Virus record (IMG/VR): IMGVR_UViG_2775507207_000001
Coordinates: 8,017 to 72,016 of that record
Origin: a virus
Lineage: Duplodnaviria; Caudoviricetes
Direction: 5' to 3' (one strand)
DNA: 64,000 nucleotides
Position 1 is the first letter of the stretch, and the number at the start of each line of letters is the position of its first letter. Below, one piece after another: positions 20,096 through 29,679 of this stretch. A program made the translations under genes and the position numbers. Below the pieces are notes generated by a model that saw only the letters and a program-made list of their open reading frames with translations, was not told where the DNA came from and searched no databases.

Positions 20096-20695
20096 ATGAA
20101 TAAAGCAACGTCTAAAGCAGTACCGGCTTGGCTATCACTCACTGCGCTTGCAGCCGTCGTAACGCTCACGCGACCTACCAATGCCAACGGCGTGCTGGTC
20201 GAAACATTGACCTTGCGGGCCCCGCTGGTACGGGAAGTGCGGGCAGCCGACCGCGCCTCTAACGGCAACGAAGAACAGCGAGAGCTGATGTTGTTTGCTG
20301 GTCTGGCAGAGGTGGGTGTTAAGGATCTTGAAGGCCTGAAGCTGGCGGATTACCGCCGTGTTCAAGCCGCTTATGCACACTTGGTGCCGGATACCGACTA
20401 TTCGGAATCAATGCCGTCGTGGCTGTCGGTCAACACTGATCGCGCCCAGGTCACCCTGACCTGCCCAAGCGAAATCAATGGGGTATCGGTTGATACCTTG
20501 GCCCTGCGCTCCCCTACAGTGGGCGATGTGCGCGCGGCTAATCGTGACGCGGGCGGGGATGACGAACAGCGGGAATTGATTTTGTTTGCCGCGCTTGCCG
20601 GTGCGCCTGTCACGGACCTGGAGGGCCTGAAGCTGGTGGATTTTAACCGTCTGCAGGCCGGCTATTTTCGTTTGGACCAAGACGACGGGGTTTAA
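20096..20695 (+). CDS. Tail assembly chaperone with two tandem GpE/gp41-like domains
   Basis: Internal repeat LRAP..RAA..EQRELMLFAGLA / LRSP..RAA..EQRELILFAALA. Confidence 0.85.
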   Translation: MNKATSKAVPAWLSLTALAAVVTLTRPTNANGVLVETLTLRAPLVREVRAADRASNGNEEQRELMLFAGLAEVGVKDLEGLKLADYRRVQAAYAHLVPDTDYSESMPSWLSVNTDRAQVTLTCPSEINGVSVDTLALRSPTVGDVRAANRDAGGDDEQRELILFAALAGAPVTDLEGLKLVDFNRLQAGYFRLDQDDGV

Positions 20696-20807
20696 CCCTC
20701 ACGTCATAAAGATGGCCGCGAAACGTCTGGCGGCGGAAACAGGATTTTCCGCTGCTGAGATTTTGTCGATGCCCTTTGCAGAAATGGTGTGGTGGCTCAC
20801 GGACTGA
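20688..20807 (+). CDS. GpE'-like chaperone extension (frameshift product or short ORF from ATG 20712)
   Basis: GFNPHVIKMAAKRLAAETGFSAAEILSMPFAEMVWWLTD in the +1/-2 frame. Confidence 0.6.
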   Translation, partial: GFNPHVIKMAAKRLAAETGFSAAEILSMPFAEMVWWLTD

Positions 20808-20845
20808 GCCGCCTTCGATAAGGCTATCCAAATGAGGGCCGTGAC

Positions 20846-23800
20846 ATGGCGAACAAAATCGCCCTCGGGCTGGTGATCGGCGGCGCCGTCAGTTCGACTG
20901 TCGGTGCTGCGTTTAAAGATGTAACGGGGCGCATCAAGCGTCTTGAGGCGGAAGGCAACAAGGCGCGTGTCCTGCAGCGCACTATCGGTGACACCATTCG
21001 CCTGCGCGACGAGTGGAAGAAAGCCCACGACAGCGGATCACAGGGCGCGACCAAGTTGTTGGGCCGGTTGAATTCCAACCTCGATAGTTTGAAAAAACAG
21101 GGAATCGAGGTCGGCCGACTGGAGAAAGCCTATCGCTCTATGGGGCAGACCGCCATCAAGGCGGAGCTCAAAGCCAAGGGGCATCAGCAGATCGATGCTG
21201 GTAAGACTGGCATGAAAAGCGCCGTCGGCGCCGCTGTCGTCGGTGTCGGCATGCTGGCTGTTCCGACCAAGGTCAGTGCGGATTTTGGGGCGATTGTTCG
21301 TGATATCGCGATCAAAGCTGGCATTGCCAACAAACCGCAAGAGCAGGAGATGTCGCAAAAGATCATTGATACGTCGCGCGACACGGGCATGGCGCGTAAT
21401 GACGTGGCCGATGTGGTTAACCAATTGGTTGGCGCCGGCATGGACTTGAGCAAGGCCCTGGAATATGCGCCAGTCGCGGCCAAATTCGTCGTGGGGCAAG
21501 GGTCGAGCGGTGTTGATACAGCGAAGATGATCAACGCGCTGGGTCAGAATGCCAAGATCACAGATCCTAGGCAGATGCAGCAGGCCCTGGAAGCAATTGC
21601 CTACCAAGGGCAGGCCGGTAGCTTTGAAGCGGCCGACATGGCCAAGTGGTTTCCTGAGCTGTTGGCGAACATGGGCAGCCTCGGCATTACCGGCATGGAT
21701 GCGGTTACACAGTTGGGTGCCATGCTGCAAGTGCAGATGAAATCTGCCGGCGGCGCCGATGAGGCGGCAAACAATCTCAAGAACTGGATGGGCAAAATCG
21801 GCTCTGGCGACACCGTCAAGGCGTATGCAAAGGCGGGTATTGATTACAAAGGGTCGATGCAGACCGGTTTGCAAAACGGTATGTCCACCCTTGAAACCAG
21901 TATGTCACTGGCGCAGAAGTACATTCAGGCCACGGATCCGAAGCGCGCGGCGGCGATGGCTGAGGCGACGGCGAAGATCAGCAAGGAGTCGGACCCGGAG
22001 AAAGCCAAGGCCATGATGGCCTCGCTGGAAGAGTCACTGCGCACCGGTGACCTGTTCGCTGACATGCAGGTAAAGGCTGCGCTCTCTGCCTATATGCAGA
22101 ACAAGGCGCTGTACAGCCAGCTTAAAAACGATTCGCGCGATGCAACGGGCATTCTCGACAAGAACCTCAGCGAGCGACGTGAGGCGTCGTCGCAGAAGTG
22201 GGCCGAAATGGCCCAGTCAATGGATGACGCCATGCGCAGCGTTGGGGACGCCCTGCGCCCGGTCACAGACACCGTGGCGGAAGCACTGACCAAAGTCACC
22301 AGGGGCATTACCTCGCTGTCTGACAGCGCGCCAGGTGTGGTGACGGGTATCGCGGCGGTCGGGGGAGGGTTTGTCGCGCTCAAGGGGCTGCTCAGTTCGT
22401 TCAAAATCGCTAAAGGTTTGCTCAACGTCGCGCGGGGATCGTTGGGTGGCAAATCCGGCGAAGTGCAAAAGGTCTTTGTGACCAACTCCAAGGATGGCGC
22501 TGGGGGCGTAGGAAAGGGCGGCGAGGCGAAAGGTAAGGCCAGCAAGGCCCTGTCGTTAGTTGAGACTGGGCTCAAGGCAGTAGCCGCTCTCAAGGGTGAG
22601 TCGGTTGATGGTGAGGGAAAGGATGAGAGTAAGACCGGTAAGTTAGGCATCGTCGCGACTGGCCTCAAAGTGGTTTCGCTGGCTAAAGAAGCGGTATCTG
22701 GCGATGACAGCGCGGGAGGTGACGATGCTGCGTCGAATGGCGACGGCGTCCAAAAGGTCTTCGTCGTTAACTTGAATGCCATGGGGGGACCTGGGGGGCC
22801 AGGTGAAACCCGCCGACGTGGGCGCGGTTCAAGACGTAATATTCCGCGACGTCGCCCGACCTCGCTGCGTGCTCGGATGCCGGCTCCGCGTCCACCGGTA
22901 CCACGGCCTGCAGCACCGACTCCGCGTCCTCCGGTGCCACGGCCTGCAGCACTGGCTCCGCGTCCGGCGTTGCCACGGCCTGCAGCACCGGCTCCGCGTC
23001 CGCCGCTGCAACGGCCAGCAGCACTTGTCCCGCGCCCAGCTGTGCCACTGCCTGCAGCGCCGGCTCCGCGTCCGCCGCTGCCTCGGCCAGCAGTACTGGT
23101 CCCGCGTCCGCCGGTGCCACTGCCTGCCACACCGGTTCCGCGTCCACCGCTGCCACGGCCTGCGGTACCGGTCCCGCGTCCGCTTATTCCACCTGTTTCT
23201 ATTCCAAGCGGGGCGATAGCTAAACTGGGCGGGGTTGTGCAAGCGGTCGGTAAGATTGGTAAAGCCGCCAAGGCAATACCTGGTGGCTCGCTCATTGAGG
23301 CCGGCGCCATGGCCTTTGACACCTATGAGAATGCTAAGACCAAGGACGAAAAGGCCGAGGGTTATGGTGCTGCCGCTGGCAATCTCGCCGGCACTATGGC
23401 CGGTGCTGCTGCAGGAGCGGCTATTGGCTCGGTGGTGCCTATCATCGGCACCGCTATTGGTGGGCTGGTAGGCGCTTACTTAGGCAGCATGGGTGGTTCG
23501 GCGCTGGGCGGTGCTGCAGGTAAGTCGTGGTTCGGAGGGGAGGACGAAAAGCCCGCGCCACCGGTGACGCCGTTGCTGATGGCGCCTCGACCGGGCCCAG
23601 CCATTCCAAGCTTGGCCGCCATGGGCAAGTCATTCAACCGGGCAGACGGTTCGGGTGCATTGCTGATGGCGCCTGCACCGCAAGCGCCAATCCTGGGTGA
23701 TGTAGCACGGTCTCTAGCGGTGTCGGCTCCGACCAAGCCGGCGGCTGTAGCGATCCAGCCCAAAGAGCCGGAAAAGCCTGTCCCGACCAAAGTGGAACAG

Positions 23801-23956
23801 CAGTTTCAGTATTCGCTGAACATGCCGGTTAACGTGCAGGGGGATGTGAAAGACCCGCAACGCCTGGCGCAAGACCTCATGCCGCACATGCGGCTAATGA
23901 TGGCTGATGCGGCGAAACAAAACGCCGCAAAGCTGTACGACGAACCGCACCTGTAA
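20846..23956 (+). CDS. Tail tape measure protein with a proline-rich repeat insert
   Basis: Ala/Gly-rich helical core, C-terminal glycine zipper, position after the chaperone. Confidence 0.9.
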   Translation: MANKIALGLVIGGAVSSTVGAAFKDVTGRIKRLEAEGNKARVLQRTIGDTIRLRDEWKKAHDSGSQGATKLLGRLNSNLDSLKKQGIEVGRLEKAYRSMGQTAIKAELKAKGHQQIDAGKTGMKSAVGAAVVGVGMLAVPTKVSADFGAIVRDIAIKAGIANKPQEQEMSQKIIDTSRDTGMARNDVADVVNQLVGAGMDLSKALEYAPVAAKFVVGQGSSGVDTAKMINALGQNAKITDPRQMQQALEAIAYQGQAGSFEAADMAKWFPELLANMGSLGITGMDAVTQLGAMLQVQMKSAGGADEAANNLKNWMGKIGSGDTVKAYAKAGIDYKGSMQTGLQNGMSTLETSMSLAQKYIQATDPKRAAAMAEATAKISKESDPEKAKAMMASLEESLRTGDLFADMQVKAALSAYMQNKALYSQLKNDSRDATGILDKNLSERREASSQKWAEMAQSMDDAMRSVGDALRPVTDTVAEALTKVTRGITSLSDSAPGVVTGIAAVGGGFVALKGLLSSFKIAKGLLNVARGSLGGKSGEVQKVFVTNSKDGAGGVGKGGEAKGKASKALSLVETGLKAVAALKGESVDGEGKDESKTGKLGIVATGLKVVSLAKEAVSGDDSAGGDDAASNGDGVQKVFVVNLNAMGGPGGPGETRRRGRGSRRNIPRRRPTSLRARMPAPRPPVPRPAAPTPRPPVPRPAALAPRPALPRPAAPAPRPPLQRPAALVPRPAVPLPAAPAPRPPLPRPAVLVPRPPVPLPATPVPRPPLPRPAVPVPRPLIPPVSIPSGAIAKLGGVVQAVGKIGKAAKAIPGGSLIEAGAMAFDTYENAKTKDEKAEGYGAAAGNLAGTMAGAAAGAAIGSVVPIIGTAIGGLVGAYLGSMGGSALGGAAGKSWFGGEDEKPAPPVTPLLMAPRPGPAIPSLAAMGKSFNRADGSGALLMAPAPQAPILGDVARSLAVSAPTKPAAVAIQPKEPEKPVPTKVEQQFQYSLNMPVNVQGDVKDPQRLAQDLMPHMRLMMADAAKQNAAKLYDEPHL
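22880..23190 (+). repeat. 36-bp tandem repeat, about 9 copies (PRPPxPRPAAPx)
   Basis: CCGCG(T/C)CC recurs every 36 bp from 22886 to 23174. Confidence 0.95.
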
Positions 23957-23965
23957 GGAGGGCCT

Positions 23966-24811
23966 ATGGCTTATATGGAACAGATGCAGTCGGGCTTCAA
24001 GTACCTGGTTGACGCCGGGGAGGCTGGTAGACGTAGTGCTGAGGGCATGCTTGGGCCCGTCAACGGTGCTATAAGGGAGATAACGGGTGCAGCGGCCGAG
24101 CTGGAAAATATCCCGTTCGTGGGACCTGCTGTCGGTGCCAAGCTCCAGCGGGTGATGCGCGGCGTGGATGCGGCACAGGCCAAGGCCGGCCAGGTGCTGG
24201 CTGTGTACAGCCGTGCGACACGGGGCGCCGCCGAAGTGCAGGAGCGAATGGGGGCGTTGAAGGAGCAGGCGGGAAAAGCTGCGACGGCGATCAACAAGGT
24301 CGCCGGAAAGGTTAATCCCTCGTTGGCAAACATCGTGCCCACCAGCGCATTTGCCGTGGATGCCACGCCGGCACCCGAAGCGGTGAAGCCATTTCCGCAC
24401 CTGCTGATCATCCAGCCCAGGGATCCTAAAATTCAGCCGTACTACTTCAACTTGGATACAGCGGCCTTCGACGAATTGAGTCGCTCGACCGAATTCCGCT
24501 GGGCTTCACAGGAGCGGCTATCGCGGCGCCCGGCGCAGCAGGCCGTGGGCATGGGCGAAGAAAAGCTCACACTCAAAGGTACGATTTATCCCGGCTTCAA
24601 GGGGGGCCTCAAGCAGCTTGACACGTTACGCACCATCGGTGGGCGGCTGCAACCGCTCACTCTGACCACGGGTTATGGCGAGGTGATTGGCACCTGGTGT
24701 CTGAAGTCGATCAACGAGGAGCAGGGCGCGCTGCTGCACGGCGGTATTCCGCGTAAACAAGTATTCACTCTGGAGTTCACGCGCTATGGGGACGACATGC
24801 AGAACATCTGA
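23966..24811 (+). CDS. Tail protein U with N-terminal extension
   Basis: C-terminal GpU domain (RWASQERL, LTLKGTIYP, FTLEF). Confidence 0.85.
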   Translation: MAYMEQMQSGFKYLVDAGEAGRRSAEGMLGPVNGAIREITGAAAELENIPFVGPAVGAKLQRVMRGVDAAQAKAGQVLAVYSRATRGAAEVQERMGALKEQAGKAATAINKVAGKVNPSLANIVPTSAFAVDATPAPEAVKPFPHLLIIQPRDPKIQPYYFNLDTAAFDELSRSTEFRWASQERLSRRPAQQAVGMGEEKLTLKGTIYPGFKGGLKQLDTLRTIGGRLQPLTLTTGYGEVIGTWCLKSINEEQGALLHGGIPRKQVFTLEFTRYGDDMQNI

Positions 24812-24992
24812 CGGGGACATGCTCGATGTCATATGCAATAACGTTTATGGGCACTTGAACGGCAGCGTCGAGGCAGTTCTGGATGCCAATCAGGGCTTGG
24901 GAGACGAGCCCCAGCCTTTCCGCGCTGGTGTGGTGATCCTGCTGCCGGATCTGCCAGCCCCGACCGAGGAAGGGATTAGCTTGTGGGACTGA
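24786..24992 (+). CDS. Tail protein X
   Basis: GDMLDVIC...YG...LDANQGL...LWD. Confidence 0.88.
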   Translation: MGTTCRTSDGDMLDVICNNVYGHLNGSVEAVLDANQGLGDEPQPFRAGVVILLPDLPAPTEEGISLWD

Positions 24993-25085
24993 CTCCGAAC
25001 GGCACCGCCTGCAGCCCGTTGCGTTAAGCGAAAAGAAACTTTGTATTCAGCCCGCCCTGTGCGGGTTTTTCTTTGGAAAAAAACC

Positions 25086-26132
25086 ATGACCCCCACTTTT
25101 CGTATCGTTGCCGACGGTGCCGATATTACGTCCAAGATCAATGATCGACTGTTGTTACTTAGGACTTCTGACAAGCCGGGTATGGAGTCCGACGAGTTTG
25201 AATTGCGTATCGATGACCGCGACGGCCAGGTGCAGTTGCCCCGGCGAGGTAGCTCAATCGAGATTCACCTGGGCTATGCCGAAACGTCTTTGATGCGCCT
25301 AGGGCTTTACGCGGTCGACACGGTCGAAGTTTCCGGCCCGCCGGACACGATTGTGATCAAGGGTAAAGCCAGCGATATGCGCGGCAGTGGTAAGACTATC
25401 CGCAGCGGAAGCTGGGAGGATGCGCCGTTGTCGAAGATCGTGGCCGACATCGCGGCTCGAAATGGCTGGCAGGCAGGCTGTCCGGTGGCGACGAAGGTCG
25501 CTCGTGTGGATCAGCTCAACGAGTCCGACTTTAATTTCATCACGCGCCTGGCTAAGCAATACGACTGCACGGCCAAGGTCGCAGATGGCAAATTGTTGGT
25601 GATGCCACGCCAGGGAGGCCAGACAGCCAGCGGCAAAACGTTCGGGGCGATCACGCTGACCCGCAGCGATCTCAGTCGCTGGCAATTCAGCTTAGGGGAT
25701 CGCAATTCGCACAAGGCCGTGGCGACTAAGCATCAGAACAAAAAGGACGGCAAATTGGCGGTGGTCACCATCGACAACGATGACGCTCCGGACGGCTTGC
25801 CGGCGGTGCACACGGATCGGCATATCTATCCGAACAAGACTGCTGCTGAATCAGCAGCCAAGGCAAGGTTAGCGGCATTCAATCGCTCGACCGCCGACGT
25901 GCGTTTCGAGATGCCTGGCCGGACTGACATTTTTGCCGAGCGCCTGATCAACGCCCAGGGCTTCAAGGTCGGGCTGGATGGCGAATACCTGGCAGATTCA
26001 GTGGAGCAGGTGTTTACCCAGTCTGGCTGGTCGACCACGGTCGAGTGCAATGCCGGCAAGCAAGGCAAATCCAAGGGTAAGAAAAAGAAGGAAACGAAGC
26101 CGCTCAAGGTCGTGAGCGTCGAGAAGCTGTAA
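25086..26132 (+). CDS. Late control D / baseplate hub protein
   Basis: ESDEFELRIDD and QLNESDFNFITRLA motifs. Confidence 0.9.
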   Translation: MTPTFRIVADGADITSKINDRLLLLRTSDKPGMESDEFELRIDDRDGQVQLPRRGSSIEIHLGYAETSLMRLGLYAVDTVEVSGPPDTIVIKGKASDMRGSGKTIRSGSWEDAPLSKIVADIAARNGWQAGCPVATKVARVDQLNESDFNFITRLAKQYDCTAKVADGKLLVMPRQGGQTASGKTFGAITLTRSDLSRWQFSLGDRNSHKAVATKHQNKKDGKLAVVTIDNDDAPDGLPAVHTDRHIYPNKTAAESAAKARLAAFNRSTADVRFEMPGRTDIFAERLINAQGFKVGLDGEYLADSVEQVFTQSGWSTTVECNAGKQGKSKGKKKKETKPLKVVSVEKL

Positions 26133-26180
26133 TGCAATCCACCGCCGCCTGAGTGCGGTATTTTTTTGTCCGGAGTTTTT

Positions 26181-26744
26181 ATGACGATCACTGAACAACA
26201 GCTACAACGCATCATGCCAAACGCCCGCCGACAAGCGGGCGTTTTTGTATCTGCCCTGAACGCGGCAATGGCGCATCGGCAGATCAATACACCGAAACGC
26301 CAGGCTGCTTTCCTGGCGCAGCTTGGTCACGAGTCCGGTCAACTGCAGTATGTCCGCGAGCTGGGCGGGGACCAATACCTGAGTAAATACGATACCGGCA
26401 CTCTGGCTGCCAAGCTTGGTAATACGCCAGCTGCAGATGGTGATGGTCAACGCTATCGTGGCCGAGGGTTGATCCAGATTACCGGGCACGATAACTACCT
26501 GCGCTGCAGTCTGGCACTGTTCGGCGATGAGCGATTGCTGCGCACTCCCGAGCTGCTCGAGCAGCCGCAATGGGCGGCAGAGTCGGCGGCGTGGTTCTGG
26601 TCCGTGAATGGGCTGAATGCGCTCGCGGATCAGGACCAGTTCAACACGATCACTCGCCGGATCAACGGCGGCCTTAATGGCCTGGAGGATCGGCTGCAGT
26701 TGTGGGCCAGGGCGAGGGCGGTGTTATGCGTCTCTTCGATCTGA
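26181..26744 (+). CDS. Endolysin, glycoside hydrolase family 19
   Basis: FLAQLGHES, YRGRGLIQITG, TRRINGG motifs. Confidence 0.95.
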   Translation: MTITEQQLQRIMPNARRQAGVFVSALNAAMAHRQINTPKRQAAFLAQLGHESGQLQYVRELGGDQYLSKYDTGTLAAKLGNTPAADGDGQRYRGRGLIQITGHDNYLRCSLALFGDERLLRTPELLEQPQWAAESAAWFWSVNGLNALADQDQFNTITRRINGGLNGLEDRLQLWARARAVLCVSSI

Positions 26745-27268
26745 TCCCGGCGCAGTTCCGTATCGCCGCTATCAGCTTGCTGTTAGTGGTGGTGTCCGCA
26801 GGATCTGCAGCGTTGGCCTGGACTGCTCAGGACTGGCGTTATGGCAGCGTGCTGGAGCGGCAAGCCCGGCTGCAGGCGGACACCCTCAACGAAATATCCC
26901 AAGCTTCTGCTGCTCTGCAGCGTACCGAGCAGGACAAGCGCCTTGCCCTGGAGCTCCGCCTGCAGAACAAAGACGAAACCCACTACAAGGAATTGACCGA
27001 TGAGCAAATCAAGCAGGCTCGTCTGCGTGATCGCCTGGCTACTGCTGATCTGCGGCTGTCGGTCGTACTCGCCGCCACCGAAACCGCCGGCAGCTGTTCA
27101 GTGCCAACCACCACCGCCACCGGCCGCGTGGTTCATGGCGCCACAAGAGCCCAACTTGACCCAGCGCATGCTCAACGAATTATCGGAGTCACCGATGCCG
27201 GCGACCGAGGATTGATCGCCCTGCGGGCCTGTCAGGCTTACGCAAAAGAAGTTTCTACACCGAAGTAA
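26726..27268 (+). CDS. i-spanin Rz
   Basis: N-terminal TM, coiled coil, ALRACQAY. Confidence 0.88.
   Translation: MRLFDLIPAQFRIAAISLLLVVVSAGSAALAWTAQDWRYGSVLERQARLQADTLNEISQASAALQRTEQDKRLALELRLQNKDETHYKELTDEQIKQARLRDRLATADLRLSVVLAATETAGSCSVPTTTATGRVVHGATRAQLDPAHAQRIIGVTDAGDRGLIALRACQAYAKEVSTPK
27000..27215 (+). CDS. o-spanin Rz1 lipoprotein (embedded in Rz)
   Basis: Lipobox LICGC and proline-rich tract; out of frame within Rz. Confidence 0.8.
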   Translation: MSKSSRLVCVIAWLLLICGCRSYSPPPKPPAAVQCQPPPPPAAWFMAPQEPNLTQRMLNELSESPMPATED

Positions 27269-27383
27269 AAGGAGCGGCCGGGCAGGATGCGTCAACATCC
27301 AACCCGGCCACCTTCCCCGCAGATCGTCCCTGCAAGTCCAGCCAAGGCTCCTGCTTCGTGCACAAAGCGGAGCGAGCCTAGCA

Positions 27384-27399
27384 CTGTTTATCCATACAG
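27384..27399. promoter_or_regulatory. LexA (SOS) box upstream of the methylase
   Basis: CTGTTTATCCATACAG matches CTGT-N8-ACAG. Confidence 0.8.
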
Positions 27400-27417
27400 C
27401 AAAGGTCTTGCTTTTTT

Positions 27418-28212
27418 ATGTCTACACCCATCGTCCCTTGGATGGGCGGCAAACGCCGCCTGGCCGACCGCCTTATCCCGCTCTTCCCGCCACACGAATG
27501 CTACGTTGAAGTCTTTGCCGGCGGCGCCGCGCTCTACTTCATGCGTCCCCAGGCAGCGCCTGTTGAAGTTCTTAACGACATCAATGGCGACCTGGTCACG
27601 CTGTACCGCGTCGTGCAGAACCATCTGGAAGAATTCGTCCGCCAGTTCAAATGGGCGCTCAGTTCCCGCCAGGTGTTCGAGTGGCAAAAGATGACCCGCC
27701 CGGAAACCCTCACCGACATCCAGCGCGCCGCCCGTTTCTTTTACCTGCAGCACCATGCCTTCGCGGGCAAAGTGACCGGGCAGACGTTCGGCACTGCAAC
27801 GACCGGCCCAGCCATTAACCTTCTGCGGATCGAGGAAAACCTGTCTGCAGCATGGCAGCGTTTATCCGGCACTTATGTTGAAAACCTGGGCTGGCTTGAA
27901 TGTGCCGAGCGCTACGACCGTGCCCATACGTTCCACTACATGGATCCACCTTACTGGCAGACCGCCGGCTATGGTGTGGATTTTCCATTTGAGAATTACG
28001 AGCGCATGGCCGACTTTATGCGGCGCTGCAAAGGCAAGGTGATGGTCAGCATCAACGATCATCCCGATATCCGGCGAGTGTTTGATGGGTTTCACTTTGA
28101 GATGGTGGACATTCGTTACAGCACCGCGAATGCGCGGCAGGGCAAGACCGAAGTCAGCGGAGAGTTGATAATCATGAACTGGGAGCCTGCAGCATTGGGA
28201 GGCCTGTTCTGA
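27418..28212 (+). CDS. DNA adenine methyltransferase (Dam/D12 family)
   Basis: WMGGK, EVFAGG, NDIN and DPPY motifs. Confidence 0.93.
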   Translation: MSTPIVPWMGGKRRLADRLIPLFPPHECYVEVFAGGAALYFMRPQAAPVEVLNDINGDLVTLYRVVQNHLEEFVRQFKWALSSRQVFEWQKMTRPETLTDIQRAARFFYLQHHAFAGKVTGQTFGTATTGPAINLLRIEENLSAAWQRLSGTYVENLGWLECAERYDRAHTFHYMDPPYWQTAGYGVDFPFENYERMADFMRRCKGKVMVSINDHPDIRRVFDGFHFEMVDIRYSTANARQGKTEVSGELIIMNWEPAALGGLF

Positions 28213-28403
28213 TTTGAGAGGTAGATTACGCATCGCAATTTGCTATTCAAGTGAGGCGGCATGTCCATCTCGCCTGATGCTTACTCACGCTTATTAAGAG
28301 TGGTGGCGTAATGGGTTCATTGAACTAAGATGAACCCTTTAGAGCTTATTGTGATCTTTCAATTACTCATTGGTAGCAGATGGACAAGCGCATCGCAGGT
28401 CTT

Positions 28404-29153
28404 TCATTTCTGCTTACTCTCGGCTGGGTCACAGCCGTTATGTTCGTCATGTGGTTTTTCAGCTGATGGGTTCGGCCTTATAAGCTCTGCCCCCTGATTC
28501 CTGACGCTGCCCACTGCTTTGCCAACCGCATACCACTCAAAGTCCTCCACAGGCTGGCAACATTCCTTCGCTATTTCCTCGGCCCGGGCTGGAGTAAGGT
28601 AGGGGTCGATCCACTCCCTGGCATGCTCAGGTGTCAGCACCAACGGCTTGCGGTCGTGGATGTCCACCATGCCCTGATCACTGGCAGCGGTGATGATCAC
28701 GAACCCATCGCCGTCCTGGGGATCCAGGCCAGGATGAATCTGGGCTAGTGCGCCAAAGAACATGGGCTTCTGACTCTTCAGGCGAATGAAGTAGGGCTGC
28801 TTTCTCTTCGGATCGTCAGGGTCTTTAACCCACTCATACCACCCTTCACTCGGCACCAGGGCTCGGCCATTCGGCCAAAGTTGCTTAAAAAACTTTCCCG
28901 TGGTGACCGTCTCTACACGGGCGTTAATCGGGTCGGGGCGTTTGCCCTTGGCCCAGAACGGCGCCCATCCCCATTTGACTGCATCGATATGCAGCCCGTC
29001 CTCTGCGGCGTGCAGCAACTGAACCCGTGTCGACGGAGCGACGTTGTAGCGATCAATTGGCTGAGCGTCATAGCCGCTGAATAGCTCTATTTGGGGGCTC
29101 AGTTCTTCAATGAAGATCGCCATCCCTTCGTACTGCACAAATCGTCCGCACAT
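28404..29153 (-). CDS. SOS response-associated peptidase (SRAP/YedK/HMCES family)
   Basis: MCGRF start, YNVAP, INARVE, WYEW, IHDRKP. Confidence 0.95.
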   Translation of the reverse strand: MCGRFVQYEGMAIFIEELSPQIELFSGYDAQPIDRYNVAPSTRVQLLHAAEDGLHIDAVKWGWAPFWAKGKRPDPINARVETVTTGKFFKQLWPNGRALVPSEGWYEWVKDPDDPKRKQPYFIRLKSQKPMFFGALAQIHPGLDPQDGDGFVIITAASDQGMVDIHDRKPLVLTPEHAREWIDPYLTPARAEEIAKECCQPVEDFEWYAVGKAVGSVRNQGAELIRPNPSAEKPHDEHNGCDPAESKQK

Positions 29154-29217
29154 ACGCCTTCTCCGTCTGTCGAAATCCCCTACAGAAAAATTGACCGCAC
29201 GCGTCCTACAAAGTTAA

Positions 29218-29233
29218 CTGTACATTCGTACAG
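29218..29233. promoter_or_regulatory. LexA (SOS) box between SRAP and umuD
   Basis: CTGTACATTCGTACAG. Confidence 0.9.
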
Positions 29234-29253
29234 TGCATGTAAAAGGTCGCATC

Positions 29254-29679
29254 ATGAGCTTCACCATTTTAGGTCCTATCGCCGAGGCAGGCGTGAAGCT
29301 GCCTATGTGTTCGTTCCAGGTTCCGGCTGGCTTCCCTTCGCCGGCAGCGGATCATATTGAGCAGCACATCTCATTGGATGAGGTCCTGAATATCCGCGCA
29401 CCGCATGTGTACCTGGTAGCCATCACCGGGGAAAGCATGCAGGGGATTGGTATCTTCGAAGGCGATCTCGCGGTGGTGGATCGTGCCATTGAGCCGGCGC
29501 ACGGGCATGTGGTAGTGGCTCTGCTGAACAATGAGCCCGTCTGCAAGCGCCTATGTAAGCGCGGCCGAGAGGTAGTCCTTTTGTCAGAAAATCCCAAATA
29601 CCCGGCGCGATACGTTCTCGAAGGGGATGAGCTATCAGTCTGGGGCGTGATCACCAGCACAGTGCGCAGCCATGTCTAA
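29254..29679 (+). CDS. umuD: UmuD/RulA, Pol V subunit (S24 peptidase)
   Basis: VPAGFPSPAAD cleavage site, GESM, VCKRL. Confidence 0.92.
   Translation: MSFTILGPIAEAGVKLPMCSFQVPAGFPSPAADHIEQHISLDEVLNIRAPHVYLVAITGESMQGIGIFEGDLAVVDRAIEPAHGHVVVALLNNEPVCKRLCKRGREVVLLSENPKYPARYVLEGDELSVWGVITSTVRSHV

Noticed and set aside
22090-23322. 410-aa Gly/Ala/Arg-rich minus-strand ORF and other repeat ORFs
   Set aside because: Antisense shadow of the TMP proline repeat in GC-rich DNA; no RBS or independent signal
27287-27694. 135-aa ORF as a Com-like regulator of the methylase
   Set aside because: No zinc-finger motif; overlaps the methylase out of frame and crosses the structured leader
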